DNA of 64,000 nucleotides from Bilabrum cf. latius (lineage: Eukaryota), in the NCBI GenBank assembly GCA_965178125.1, contig OZ237753.1, positions 1 to 64,000 of the forward strand, in the 5' to 3' direction. The position numbers and the translations under genes are program-made. Position 1 is the stretch's first letter; each line of letters opens with the position of its first letter. Below, in pieces: positions 23,829 to 36,432 of the stretch. The notes below the pieces were generated by a model that was not told the origin of the DNA, did no database searches, and worked only from the letters and a program-made list of their open reading frames with translations.

Positions 23829-26800
23829 TCACACGCTCACGCACACGAGGCCCCGCGTAATCTGCCAGGCGGTGTTTCCGAGGGCGAGTGTGCTGGGCGT
23901 GGCCTCACGAGATGCCACCGCCCCGATGCACTGCAGCAGCCTACATGCCGGGTCAGAACCCTCGGTGGTGCTTCCCACTGGGGTCGTCGGGGATCCTTCT
24001 TGCAGCACGACGTCTGCATCTGGGTTGCACCCCTCGGTTGGCGCGCACACGATCGTCGGCACGAGCGGGTGGCCCTGCACTGTGCTGCGGGCTGACACCG
24101 CCACCAGCATGGCGCATCCCACCGCCCCCAGCCCGGTGAGCACTTCAGTCCACTGCTTCGTGGGGCACCGCATCACGTACACGCCGGGCTCAACTCCCGA
24201 TGGGGCGCTGGCAGTGGCACGGGCGGGGGCCTCGGCGAATCGGAGGGTCGCACTCGCACCCACTGCCAGCATGGGACACGTTTCAGGAACAACCACGGCG
24301 CCGCCCCACCGCACCCAGGCTCGGACAAACCGCCTCAGACTGTCCCTTTGTGCGGCATCCAGGTCTGCGTCGATGTGCAGGCCAAGCACCAGCGAAGACA
24401 TGGGGCCCTCGGCCTCGCTCGGGGAGGTGGCTGCGGCCTCTTTACCCGCATCGGTGGCGGGCCCATGTCCCGCGAAGAACTCTGCTGCAATGCGGCTGAT
24501 GGCCTCCACACCACCGTCTTGCTGGACTGAGGCCCACCCCACCCGCCCGCCCCAGAGCTTGTCATCGCCGGCTATGCTTCTCATTTGCGCCCTGACGTTG
24601 TCATTGTGCGCCATCTCACACCCATGCTCCACGAAGAGGGTGGCTGCAACGAGTGGATGCGTCGCATGGCCCGCGATGACTCGGTAGTACTGGTCCTGGG
24701 GGCCGCCGCTACCGCAACCCTCCGTGTGCGGGAGAGCCACAAAGCGATCAAAGCCGGTGGGAACGGCAGCAGCTGGCTTCGATGCTGCCGATGTGGGCGG
24801 GAGGGCTCCAGCAGCAACACCTGCTGCATCGCTCGCCTCTGCGGTGCATGGTCCCACAGGTGGTGCTGTGCCTGCCGCGTCCAGCAGTTCAGCTGATGCT
24901 GCTGCCCCCACGGCGAGGTTGAGCCTGGCTGCCACCATGGACGCAGTTTGAGCCGAGCACAAGGACGTTGGGACGATGAGGCCGACGCGCTCAAATGTGG
25001 GGGCGGGCCAGCGGTAGCCCCCTGGGCCCGTGCACGCTGTGCCTCGGAATAGGGGGGCCTGCTCGGCCGCCAGTTCACCGCTCAGAGCGCCGTGGCCCGC
25101 AGAATCGGCCGCTGCGCTGTGTTCCGAGTCGCTGTGGAAGAGCAAGTCTGCGCCCCCAGCAGGCCTGCCAAGCGTAGCGTGGTCCACCTCAAGCCGAGCC
25201 AGCGCATCCTCGAGTGCTGTGGGCGGAGAGGGGCTGCCCGTCCCGCTCGCGGCTGAAGCAGCCTCTTTGGCCGTCGGGGCTCGGTCCTCGGCCCGCATCC
25301 CTGTTCCCTCATCAATGGGCCAGTCCCGCCAAATCTGCATCTGGTAGTGACCTGCCCGCTCCCCCGCGGTGCGCTTGCCTGACGCAACACCGAGGAGCTG
25401 CTTGAAGGCAGACCGCGAAAGACGATCCATGGGCACGCCGTCTAGGAGCAGACCTGCGTTGATGTCCATGTCTCCCTTGAGTTTGCAAAATCGAGCCGTG
25501 GTGGTGACAATCTTGATGACCGGGACGAAGCTGTTCCCTGCCACAGAGCCGTTCCCGCTCGTGAACGTCACCACATTCGCACCCGTCGCGATCTGCCCCG
25601 CGAGCGACTCGAGGTCATTGCCAGGGCTATCCATGAACTGGTACCCACCCTCCGGCGGGAGCTGCTGGGCATAGTCCAGCACGCCATCCAGCCGTACATC
25701 GGCCGGCTTCTTCATGCCGGCCCCCAGGCTCTTGAGGCTGATCCCCGTGAGTCCCCTCCAGAGGTTGCCCCCGCTCGGGTTGGCCTCGGCCGTCTGCCCA
25801 TGCGCGGCCAGTCTGTCCCTGAATGTCTTCACTTTCTCCACGAACCTCCTGGCCACTTCCATGTCTCGCACCGACCGCAGGATCCACGCCTCTGCAGTGA
25901 TGAGCTCATCTGTCTCGGCAAGCACAGCGGCGCCCCCGCGACGGACCACCTCGCGGGCCAGCTGTCCAGCCAGGGGATTTCCGCTGACCCCACTAAACGC
26001 ATCTGAGCCCCCGCATTGCAAGGCCAGCCTGAGGTCAGACACAGGGCGCATCTCACGCTCGCAGGCCGCCGCAGTGGGCACCCAGCCCAGCACCTGCTGC
26101 ACCCCGGCTTCCACCGCCTCGCGGAACCCCTGTCCGCGCGTGGACAAGAAGGCGAGGTGGCAATGATCCACAGGATATCCTTCAATTAGCATCCACGTTT
26201 TCAGCTCTTCGCCGCTCAGGGCCTCTGTCCCGTCGTCTGCACTCACGATCAGGGCCGCAGCGGCATTCGGATGCACCACAAAGCCTGCGAGGGCCCGGCG
26301 CACGAAGTCCAGGTTATGGGGTTTGGAACTGCCCGAGTTCTCTGTGTGCTCCAGCGCGATGACGCCGTCCACATTGCTGCCGCCGCGCCTCGCCTCGGCT
26401 CGAGTTCTGCGAGCCACGGTCCGGGCTACCGCACCACAGGTGGCAGATACTGGCACTACGACAATAAAGTTGCGGGTCCCAACGCCCCGTCCTCCTCCGC
26501 GGGGGAAACCGAAGAAGAAGGGTGCCGACGCAGCCGCTCCAACTCCGTCTGGCTCAAGGTAACCTGCTGCGGTTTCCCCGTCGGCTGCGTCGGGCGCGCC
26601 TGGGTAGGCTGAACCGACAGCCAGGGAGACGAGCTCCTCCGGGCTCCATCCTGACATGGGCGGCTACACTTTCTTCCATTCCTCATCGATCGGGGGCTTA
26701 ATTTGGTCAGGGAATGCAAGCTTGTAGGTTCCTATGTCAAAGTCCGCGATATATGCTATCATGTTTGGCTCCGCTGGAAAGTCGATGCTCGCTTCCCGGG

Positions 26801-27170
26801 TATGTAACGCAGCAATCAGTTTGCTATTGTGCAGAGCTTCACCAGCAGTCAAGTCTCGCAGCGCCACTGCGAACGGCATACCCCAGGACGTAAGCCGCTC
26901 CTCTCGCTTGACAGCCTTGACAACGAACCTGTGACCCTCGAGAACGCTGTAAGAAAGCTCTATCTGCTCAGAACTCGCAGCAGCTGTGAATCTGCTTGAA
27001 TTTAGCCGAATGCGCGTGCCGCGAGGGATCACCTTGGTCGCAATCGCGCAGTTATCCGTCGGATGCGGCAGGTAGGCATTAGAATCAAAGTTCACGACGG
27101 ACGGAGCTGAAGCTACGCTGCTTGTGCCAGCAGAAGCCGGGCCATGCTTCTCTAACTCGAGCAAAGCCAT
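23829..27170 (-). CDS. UxaA/GarD-family altronate/galactarate dehydratase-like protein with N-terminal SAF domain and internal domain duplication
   Basis: SAF-like HPTDNCAIA...GHRF; GVGTRN; LQCGGSDAFSGVSGNP; AVLAETDEL; NPSGGN...KSLG; MDSPGNDLES; FTSGNGS; DMDINAG. ORFs 26664-27170 and 23829-26657 are joined by a TAG. Intronless; ends TGA. Confidence 0.85.
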
Positions 27171-27402
27171 TTGAGTGGTTCAAATCGACTATGTATGCGC
27201 ACGTGGAGAGCCGTGACGCGTAGTGAAGCGGTGAGTGATGAGTCGTACAACGATGGGATAAATGGCCAAAACCCTGGCTCAAAACGGAGAGACTAGGTTA
27301 ACAGAAAAATCTCTGTGTTGGTTGGTATCCATAAATGTAGCCATTTTCACTAGTAGGTCCGTCTGGGACACCAAGACTAGGCGGCAGCCAGCCGGAGGCC
27401 GC

Positions 27403-28870
27403 TCAAGGCAGCTTGTCGAGGCTGGCCAGGTCCTTGGTCATGTTCTTGTGGTGGCTCTCCAGGGTACCGCCCCCGATCTCCAGCAGCTTAGCATCCCGCC
27501 ACAGCTGCTCCACGCGGTATTCCCCGCAGTACCCATAGCCCCCAAGGACCTGGATGGCACTGTCAGCCACCTCCTTGCCCATGGTGCTGCAGAAGAGCTT
27601 CACGCCGTCGCTGTCCACGCGGTTGCCAGCGCTGGCCAGATCCAACCCTGCTGCCGTAGCGTATACGTACGCCTTGCCGGCGGCATACTTTGCGTACCCG
27701 TCAGCGATGTGCTTCTGGATCTGCCCGAACCGGTTGAGGGGCTGCCCGAAGCTTTGCCGCTCCTTTGCGTAGGAACTCATCACCTCCACGCTCCTGCGCG
27801 CAATCCCCAGTGACATTGCTGCCAGTACGAGCCTCTCCAGCTCCAAATTGCGCATCATGGCGATCAGGGCCTGTCCCTCGCCGCCCACGGTCGAGTCCGC
27901 CGCCAGGTGCACGTCCTCGAACACAAGCTCGGCCGTGAACGAGCCCCGCATGCCGCACTTGTCCTTGATGCGCTGCCCCAGCGAAAAGCCGGGCATCCCC
28001 TTCTCCACCAGAAACATGGTGTAATCGTTGCGAGGCTGGCTTCTGCGGTCGGATGGTAGGTGGGGAGGCCGTGGCGCTGGGAAGTCCAAGGGTAGCGAGG
28101 AGCGTAAACACAGCAAGGCAAGGGGCCCTGGGTCCTACAGGCGGACAAGGCTGCGTGCAACAGCCGTAAAAGGTCTCAGTATGACCTGTAATGCCATATG
28201 CAGGTCGGTTTGCATCTCACCCATCTCCAGTCCTCGCGTACACGAGGAAAGCATCCCCGAGGTCCGTGTCAGTGATGGCGCCGTTCGTGATCCACATCTT
28301 GCCGCCATTGAGTATCCAGCTGCCGTCACTCTACTTCTTTGCATTAGTCTTCATGCCAAGCACGTCAGTTCCACTTGTTGGCTCGCTCATCCCCATGCCT
28401 CCGATAATGCTGCCGTCACATGCCCCGGGCATGAGCCGGGATTTCTGATCATCACTGCCGTTGTGATGCAGGTTGTTCACGAAAAGCATCGAGTGAGCCA
28501 GGTACGACAAGCAGAACGCAGGATCCGCGGCAGAAAGCTCTTCGTGTACGATCACTGCTGCCGTGGCGTCCATCCCAGACCCGCCATGGTCCGGATCACT
28601 GGTGATCCCAAGCAGGCCGAGCTCTCCGCACCGCTTGAAAAGGTCATGGTTGAACTTTTCAAGACGATCATGCTCCAGGGCTTGTGGCTCTACCTCTTCT
28701 TCGGCAAATCGACGGACCATCTGGCGCAGAGCCGCGTGCTCTTCTGTCGGCGTAAAGATATCACCGGTGCTGGTTCGCGTGGTCATAGTGCGGGATAGCC
28801 CCGCGAATTGCATCGTTCTACACTTAATAGTCGATCTCGCTAGCCTAGTTGCTCTAGAAAGGCGCATCAT
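27403..28870 (-). CDS. IVD: Isovaleryl-CoA dehydrogenase, mitochondrial
   Basis: LSYLAHSMLFVNNL, GMSEPTSGTDV, LNGGKMWITNG, KCGMRGSFTAELVFED, LELERLVLA, WRDAKLLEIGGGT. TAG at 28331; intron 28043-28220. Ends TGA. Confidence 0.9.
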
Positions 28871-29052
28871 ATTCGGCTAGATGGTATCTGTTGCTAACCA
28901 CGAATGGCGAAGCCTATACCGGAACTGCTAGCTTCAGGCAACAACGCAGACCAGCATGCATTCTTGTGGCGCGATGGAGACTTTGAGCGGAAGTCAAATG
29001 GCTACACTTGCAAGAAACATACAGGGCTCATTGTGACATATTTTAAGAGCGT

Positions 29053-30543
29053 TTATCCCACGCGTCGTCGCTTCGACTGCCCCCTCTCGTCACCGGCTCT
29101 GCACTGCAGCTTTGCCTGAAGAGCTTGCAACGTGCCCTGCAGATCTGCCTGCCCCGGCTCACGGCGGCCCGCAATGGTCTGAGATAAAGGTTCAGAAGCG
29201 GGGACAGGGGCCCCACTGTAGGCCCCGCCCGTCGTGTTCCGGACCTGGGCGTTGATTCGGCCCAGCGTGGCAGAGAGCGCGAGGTCCAGGGCACTGGCCT
29301 AGGCTCCGGAGCTGCCCGCGCCCAGGAGTCCCCTGAATGCCGCTACCGACTGCTCGGACTGCGCAAAGTCAGTCCTAATCCGCTTTCCATCTAGCTTGGC
29401 TCCATCCAGGGCCTGGTACGCTCTCTCGCACGACGACCGCAGAGCGAACAGCACGAAGGCATACCCCCTTGAGGCTCCGCTGGCTGCCTCCCGCGGCATC
29501 CTCACGGCCACCACCCGTCCAAACCTCTCGCAAAGCAGCTGTACCCCCGCTTCATCTGTTTCGGGAGCAAGACCGCCGATGTGCAGGATGCGCTCCTGGC
29601 CGGTGAGAGCCCCCGACGTGGACGAGGAAGAGTCGGCAGATGCGGGTGCATACGATGAAGAGGAGGAGGATGAGGCGGAGGATGAGGAGGCTACGCCAGG
29701 AGCACCCGTTGAATTGTCGCCGGCGACAATATCTAGCAATAGCTCTCGCCGTTCCTCCTCTGCTTGTCTCGCTCGCTCCGCTGCATCCAGGTCAGCCTCG
29801 CGCCCCATCAGCACGCCCCCTCGGCCCCTTCCGGCAAGCAGCCTGGGTCTGGGCTCCACCTTCTCTTCAGGGTGGCGACCGCCGGCGAGGGGTGGACTCG
29901 GGGAGCGACCAGGACCTTCACAGGTCACATCGTAAACTGGAGGTGGATGCAGCGCCGCGCAACCCGGGACGAGCTTCGCCTCGGGGGTGCTCTACGCCAC
30001 CGCATCCGTAATGTGCATTGCAGGCACACAATGGCGGGCTGCACGGGGGTCTGCAAGAACATGACTATGTCTTATGCGTATATCATGCATTGGGCGCCCT
30101 GTTGCATCAATTTTTACTGCGAGCAGCTCCGCAGTCGCAGTGTCCAAGCCTTCCGCAACCACCCCAACGCGCACAAACCCGTCTCCGTCCACTAGGTGCA
30201 AGCGATTGGTCGCTATCATGACCTCAAGGAAAGGGCAATCCTTCTCATCTTTCAGTATGGGTCCCGCTGAGGCACGAATGCACACATCACCAGATTCTAA
30301 CAGTGAACCACTGCGTGGACCCTTCAGTTGATCCCACAGATGATACTGCGCGCCCGGGCTCCTACCGTAGCCAGCACCTGTTGGATCACCAAAAACAAAT
30401 CGATCAGACATGACCTGGTATATCAAGCATCCATTCAAAGCGCGGCGAAGGCAGGTATCGAGAAAGGCAGCTGGTGCACCCTCGAAGGGGGTTGCTATGT
30501 CAATCGTTAGCTGACCAAAAGTAGTCTCCAAGAGCACAGCCAT
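29053..30543 (-). CDS. PPIL4: PPIL4/CYP59-like cyclophilin-RRM protein with degenerate cyclophilin domain
   Basis: MAVLLETTFGQLTID start, GDPTG, GRPMHDIRIRHSHVLADP, RRM LHIGGL...SRGYAFVLF...LDGKRIRTDFAQS. TAGs at 29992 and 29299. Ends TAA. Confidence 0.8.
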
Positions 30544-30855
30544 TCTACACGTCTTAGTAGCCTTAGCAATTATGAGACATGTGGTGCTATGGTGGGTGAT
30601 AGGTGCCCAATGCCAAGAATGGGGTGACGGATTCGGAAGATGCTTTGGGACCGTGACGGGCCGAACATAGGGTAGGGTATGTACAACAGGAATGTTCCTG
30701 CTCGTTTATAATTCAGTATAAGCAATTGGTACATTAGTGACGCAACACTTGCGCCATCTTTCGGGCATCAATCGCATCATGCGCTTGTGCCTGCATGCCT
30801 CCAATATCTTCCTTCTCAACTGCATTAAGACCCAGTCACGTACCGCAGCACTACG

Positions 30856-31275
30856 ATGAAAGAAAGCTGGAGCAAAATCCAAACAGTTGTGCTGAGTGAA
30901 TGTCGATACGATTCGCGAGTTGATCAGTGTGGTGGTTCTCACGAACGAATAAACCCAGCACGCCCAGCACTTGCCTCAGATTTCGCTGTTCAGTTTTTGT
31001 TGCAAAATCATGTCGCTGAAACTGAAGTTTTGCAAGTTTTGACACCTGTGTTTTAGACAACCCGCGCCAGACTTGGACTGCCTACTGGTGCAGTCGACTT
31101 GCAGCTCGCATCTAAGCGATCAGGCCCTAACAGTCAAGCTGAGGAGACTCTCCTCGGAGGCCGTTTTATGCCAGGTGGTGCTGGTGCAGAGACTGGTTGT
31201 CACTTGGATATGCTGCCCGCCTGCCCACTGCCAGTGGCATCACGGAGCACTCCGAATTATTCTGTTGATGAGTGA
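30856..31275 (+). CDS. Possible hypothetical protein (~139 aa if TAG=Q)
   Basis: ATG-to-TGA frame with one TAG filling the gap between PPIL4 and the myotubularin 3' end; no recognisable motif. Confidence 0.25.
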
Positions 31276-31372
31276 TGATAATGATAATAACAATAGTCAC
31301 GCAGAAAAACATACCGATTCCATCAATATAATCAGATTTGCAACAGCGACCTACCAAGTCTTGATAGTCTGT

Positions 31373-34300
31373 TCAATCGTCGGCGAAGTCCGAGTCGTCG
31401 TTGTCCTCTGCCGGCGAGCCAGCGACCTGTATGCCGTCCTCAGCGGGATCTTGTGGCTCCGATGCTTCGAGCGCAAGACCTTCTCCATCTGAAACCGGCA
31501 CAGGGGTCCCTCCCACCACGGGTTCCTCGACCTCTCCTTCCACAGCGGGTGGCCTGTCATCAGCGGCCTGCGCTTCCGCCTTGATGGCAGCCAGGGAACC
31601 GGCTCTTTCCAGACTCTCATGCTAGGGGGCGGGTGCGGGGGCGTAGCTAGGCTTTGGGTCCTCACCTGGCCCTACCGTTGAGCTCGCTAGGGGCTCAGTC
31701 GGCGCCGAGTCGGGTGCAGCCACCGTGGCAGCACGCGCCCCTTCCCCTTCCCCTGCTCCTGCCTGCAGCCGGCCGGCCTCTAGCACGGCAGCCACTGCCC
31801 ACCGGAGCGCCCCCTGCCCCTCTGCTCCCAGCCCGCCCTCTGCCATGGCGTGGAGCAGCACACCCACAGCTTGCATGGCGGCAGCACCACCAGCCCCAGG
31901 CCCCGGCTCTGCCACCTGATCTCCGGTCCCGAAGCCAAAGTACACCGATCGAGCGGCCACTTCTGTCGCTGTGCGCAATTGTCTGTCTGGCTCTGGCTGG
32001 TCCCCGGCCTCTTGCCCGCGCTCGCCATGGGACTACCGAGACTCAGACACACCAGCAGCCAGAGCTCGCGCAGCAGTCGACAGCGCCGTGGGACCGCGTG
32101 GCAGCAGGAGGGGGCCGAACGCATGCGTGCGCGGGGGTGTGCATGGGACAGGCGCGAACTTGCCCCAGTACTCTAGCCAGGGCCGCACTGGTCGCAGGGT
32201 GGCAGCAGCGCAGGCCCCCAGCAAAGAGGAGACTACCCCCGCGGTGCCTTTCCTGGGTGGGGCGTACAGCGGGTTGGTGAAGAGAGCCCGTCTGTGCGGG
32301 TGCAGCACAAAGGCCCAGAGCGAGTCGGTGCGCTGCTGCAGTCGAAGCGAGTCCCGCTGCCTTTCATTATCGCACAGGAATGTCCCGAACCTGCATGCGT
32401 GGATGTGAAGGGCCAAAAAGTGCATCAGGTGCTCGTTGAACTCGAAGGCCGCCGGGTGCTGCTGCTGCAGGTTCCACACGCACTCGAGGAACTGAACGAA
32501 CACGGGCGAGTAGTCCTGCGTGGCGGAGTGGCCGTGAGCGCATCGCTTGTGGAACTGGTGTCCAAACGAGAGCCATTCCTTGCAGATGAGCTGGCAGAAG
32601 CCTCGCAGCGTGCGGTAGTGCGGGTCGAGCAGCAGCTCGGCGAGCGCCACGATCTGCGAGGACCGGTCCCACGAGTCGCTGCAATTCACGAAGACAGGCC
32701 GCTTCTGAACGTGCAGTGCATGGGCCACTCGCCACGCCCCCGCCAGCACCATCCGCCCGTGCATGACCCAGCCGGTGTCCTCCATGGCCCGACCAAAGTA
32801 CATCTCCTTGTGGGCCTGTCCCACGTCCGCATCGTTCCGCGGGGATGCGTGCAGCAGAGCCAGCAGGCTCTCCAGCGAGGAGCGCATCACGTGGATGTTG
32901 CCAATGTCCAAGAAGCACAGCTCCGTCCGAGGATGCACAATGTAACCCCAGCCTCCAGCTTTGTTTGCAAGAGCGTTTGTTTGCGGCCGGCAGTCAGCGA
33001 TGAGAACGTCACGGACGGACAGCCCCAGCCCAGCCGCACTCGGAGCCTTGCCAGACTACTGCCCGCCCCTACCACCACCATGGGAGCTTGACTTGGCAGC
33101 AGCGGATGCAGCAGCGGTTGCGGCACCGTCTCCCGCTTTGGCGCGGGCGGCGGCCACTCGCTACAGCACGTCCTGGTCTCGCGCCGGCGAGGTGCGCACC
33201 AGGTCGAAGAGCCTCTCGTCCTGCCCGCAGGTCCGGTTCGCCATGCCGGCCTTGGGCTGCGCGCACCTCCACAGGGTACATCCGTTCGTGGGGTGCCGCC
33301 ACACCATGCACGGCACGCGCCCTCTCGATCTATAGTTTCGGATTGCCTCCAGATCATGGTCCGAGACCCCGCTCGGCACCACGATGGTCCGGGGGTACGT
33401 CGGACTGAACGCGTACGATCGGTTCAGCCTGGTTACGCGCCACAGTGGCCGGTCCTGCCCCGCGCCCCCCTACCCGCTTGGCATAGCCCCGTCCTCTCCA
33501 GGCACATCGATGCGCGCCCCTACTCTCCGCAGGTCCTCAACCAAATCGAAGATGCCCCAACCGGGCCGCACAGGCTCGTCGGCCCCAGAGCCGGTGCCTC
33601 GCCGCCCCCGCGCCCCCTTTGACAAGCTGGCCATGGACACAGACCCCGATCGGGCCCTTGAAGGTGCCTGGTCAGCAGTGCTCGCGGTTGCAGCCGCCAT
33701 TGCCAGAGCCGCATGCTCGGAACTCTCGGCTGCAATGTCCTCGGGCCGAAGTGAGTTGGCGCCGAGCAGGGCGGTGTCACGCACCTGGAAGGCAGGGAGC
33801 TGGTCCACGAACTAAGGGCCCTTCGGAAATGCTGCCTCTATCTCTCGACTGGCAGCCGCGGCCGCTGCAGCCGCCGCCGCTGCCTGACTGCCCGACTGGG
33901 CCTCTCGACGGTGCGGCGCGGCGCGCAGCGGTGGCTGGGGCTGGGGGAAGGCGACCCGGCCCAGCAGCTCTGCCGCGCTGTCTCTGTGCATCGCCTGCGG
34001 GAACCCCACCCTCCATTTGCGACCGTCCTTGAAGGCCAGCTCGAGCCAGGCAGAGGGGAAGGTGCGGGGCTGGTCCCTGCGCGCCGCCGTGGCCAGGAGG
34101 GCGCAAGGGGCCGCGAGGTAGGCGCGCGGCAGGTGCGCCATGGAGTTGAGAGAATGCCACACAGGGCCGGTTACGCGAGCCGCGGGGGTGTCCTCTTCCT
34201 CCTTGTCCGCGGCAGCTTCCTCCACCCGCCGTGCTGAAGCATCTTCGGCCGACTGCACCACCTTGCCCTTGCCCTTGCCACCAGGACGCATGCGAAGGGA

Positions 34301-34972
34301 GGGCTATGCACCCTCTGGGGTGAAAAAAATCCGATAGTTCGTGCAGGTTAGCTTGCCATGCAGCGGCGCGCCCCTGGGAGGCTCCAGCCACGCCTCGAGC
34401 GCGCTGAAGTAGGCCATCTCGCCATCCAGCTCCTGTTCCTCCAAAGCGAGGCGGGCAAAAGCAGATGGTGCAGGAGGCCACGGCATTGGGGCCGTCGGTT
34501 GTCCGTGTGGGCTTTTGCCACCTGCTGAACTTGTTGTCTTTGCGGTTGAGCCTGCCGGTGCCGCCGCTGGCGTCCGTGCTGACGCCGCGCTCCCAGATGA
34601 CCGCACTTCGAGCGCTGGACGCGAGCCTGCCACCCCACCGGGACCGAACGGGTTTGACGTATCCTGTTCTGGCCGCCTGATAGGTGCCCGTTCGCTCGCT
34701 GCCGGCTGCTTGGTCGCACTAGTGCCGGCTTTTGACGTGCGAGGGGGGCCTGTTGCAGCTGCGGCAGCCCGCACGGAATGTAGACCCTCATAGCCTCCAC
34801 GAGAAGCTTCGTTGGATTCAGCAAGTGGATCCGACTTGGCCGACACTCTCTGCAGAGGTTTTGCACGGTTTTCCTCTGCCCCTGAGCCTTCCGTCGCATT
34901 CGACCCGCCGGACTTTGATCCGCCGTAGGCTCGCAACGCGTGCAGTCGGTCCAAGCTCGATAGACCACTCAT
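31373..34972 (-). CDS. Myotubularin-family phosphoinositide 3-phosphatase
   Basis: GKLTCTNYRIFF (GRAM-like), WRVTRLNRSYAFSPTYP, RSRGRVP, RCAQP, DCRPQTNALANKAGGWG, IGNIHVMRSSL, NCSDSWDRS, LDPHYRTLRGF, EWLSFGHQF, FGTFLCDNERQR. One intronless frame through 7 TAGs. Ends TGA. Confidence 0.92.
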
Positions 34973-35130
34973 AGTTGCAACAAAGTGCTAGGGAAACTAA
35001 TTGTCTGCTGCAGCCTTTGGATCCGAGTAGCTTAGTGTTTCTGTTGGGCTTGCCAGTATTTGCGGAACCTCAGGTTTAACTGTGCGCGGCGCCCTGACCA
35101 GTTCCTGAGAAAATCAAAGGACGATAGGAA

Positions 35131-36303
35131 ATGGGTCGCTCAGTTATTCCTCTGTTCCTTGCTTGCATAATAGCCCTTCACTTCGGCTCTAGCGGAAGTT
35201 TTGCTTTGGCATCCGCCCCACGACCAGAAACGGTCTGTGGTAGTTGGTTCATGATTGCGGTGCGAAGTACAGAGGCCGTAGCCGAGTCGTTCGATGCGAC
35301 CAGACGAATAGTGTCCAATGAGGCTATTGCATTGACAGCTTTGATTCGTGACGACGTCCTGCAGCTAGGAACTGCAGATTATGCACTTCATGCGAACGGG
35401 GCTGTAGAGAGAGTGCTGTCAGCGTGGCCAGTGAATATCGCAGTTTCAAATTTCGTAATCATTTTGACACAGATTGAAGACCGCGTGTCTTAGTTCTGGT
35501 TGCCTCTTCTGGAACAAGGGGTACCAGTCTAGGTACCGAGACCTATAACTGCGGCAGCTGCAGCAGGGCGCTCTGTTTCGGTCCTCGCCAGCATATCACT
35601 CGCTTTTGGTGCAATTGGCACAGGTGTAGCCATCAGCTAGCTCGTAGTATCTGCTCTACGTTCGATCCTAGGCGATTTTACGGCCAATGTGGCGGCTTCA
35701 TTTCCCTGCTGTTTCTGCTATCTGGCTTGCGGGTTGTGTGGGCCACGAGGTGGTCGTAGAGCGGCACTCAGCGAGCGGAGACGAGCCGCACTATTGAGAG
35801 ATAGCGCACGCGGGAAGAAAGCCATGGCCGAAGCAAAGCGGCAGCAGGTGCAAAAAGAAGCTGCATCCGACCGCAGGAGGCAGTCCAAGGCGGCAGTGCG
35901 CGAATTGAGACAATGGGCCATTGCACAGGGAGGAGGGTTGGACGAAGGTAGGGTAGTGCGGGAGCTGGAGGCTGCAGTGGCGTACATTGAGCAGAGCATG
36001 GATGATCCGCAGCAGTGGCCACACTTTGGCGCGTTTTTGCGGGATGCAGTGTCGCGCGTGCAGCAGGGGGCGGTTGCGGCGAGAGACGCTGGCCCTGGCA
36101 CTGGCCATCATGCTGCCGCCAGTGTAGGCGACGGTGATCATGGTCGCAGGCCAGACGCAGACTCCGCCACAGCTGGTCCGCCAGCGACAGCAGATGGGGG
36201 TGCCCCGGCCCCAGCAGCACAGTTCTTCGCCCCAGGCGCTGCCAGGCGGCCTGCCCATGGCCGCAGGCGCACCAACAAGCGCAAGCTAATTCAGCAGAGG
36301 TGA
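35131..36303 (+). CDS. Hypothetical membrane protein with signal peptide
   Basis: Signal-like MGRSVIPLFLACIIALHFGS. ORFs 35131 and 35689 are joined through TAGs at 35491, 35530 and 35638. Hydrophobic segments then a charged coiled-coil. Ends TGA. Confidence 0.6.
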
Positions 36304-36432
36304 TGTCGATAGGGGGCCTCAAGACATAGCTGTCCTAGAGAATGGAGAAAGTATGGGATTCAAATTGTGTGGATGCATGTACGGCGACAGACCGGCGTAT
36401 ATCCCACACTAACGAAAGCAGATGTACTTGCC

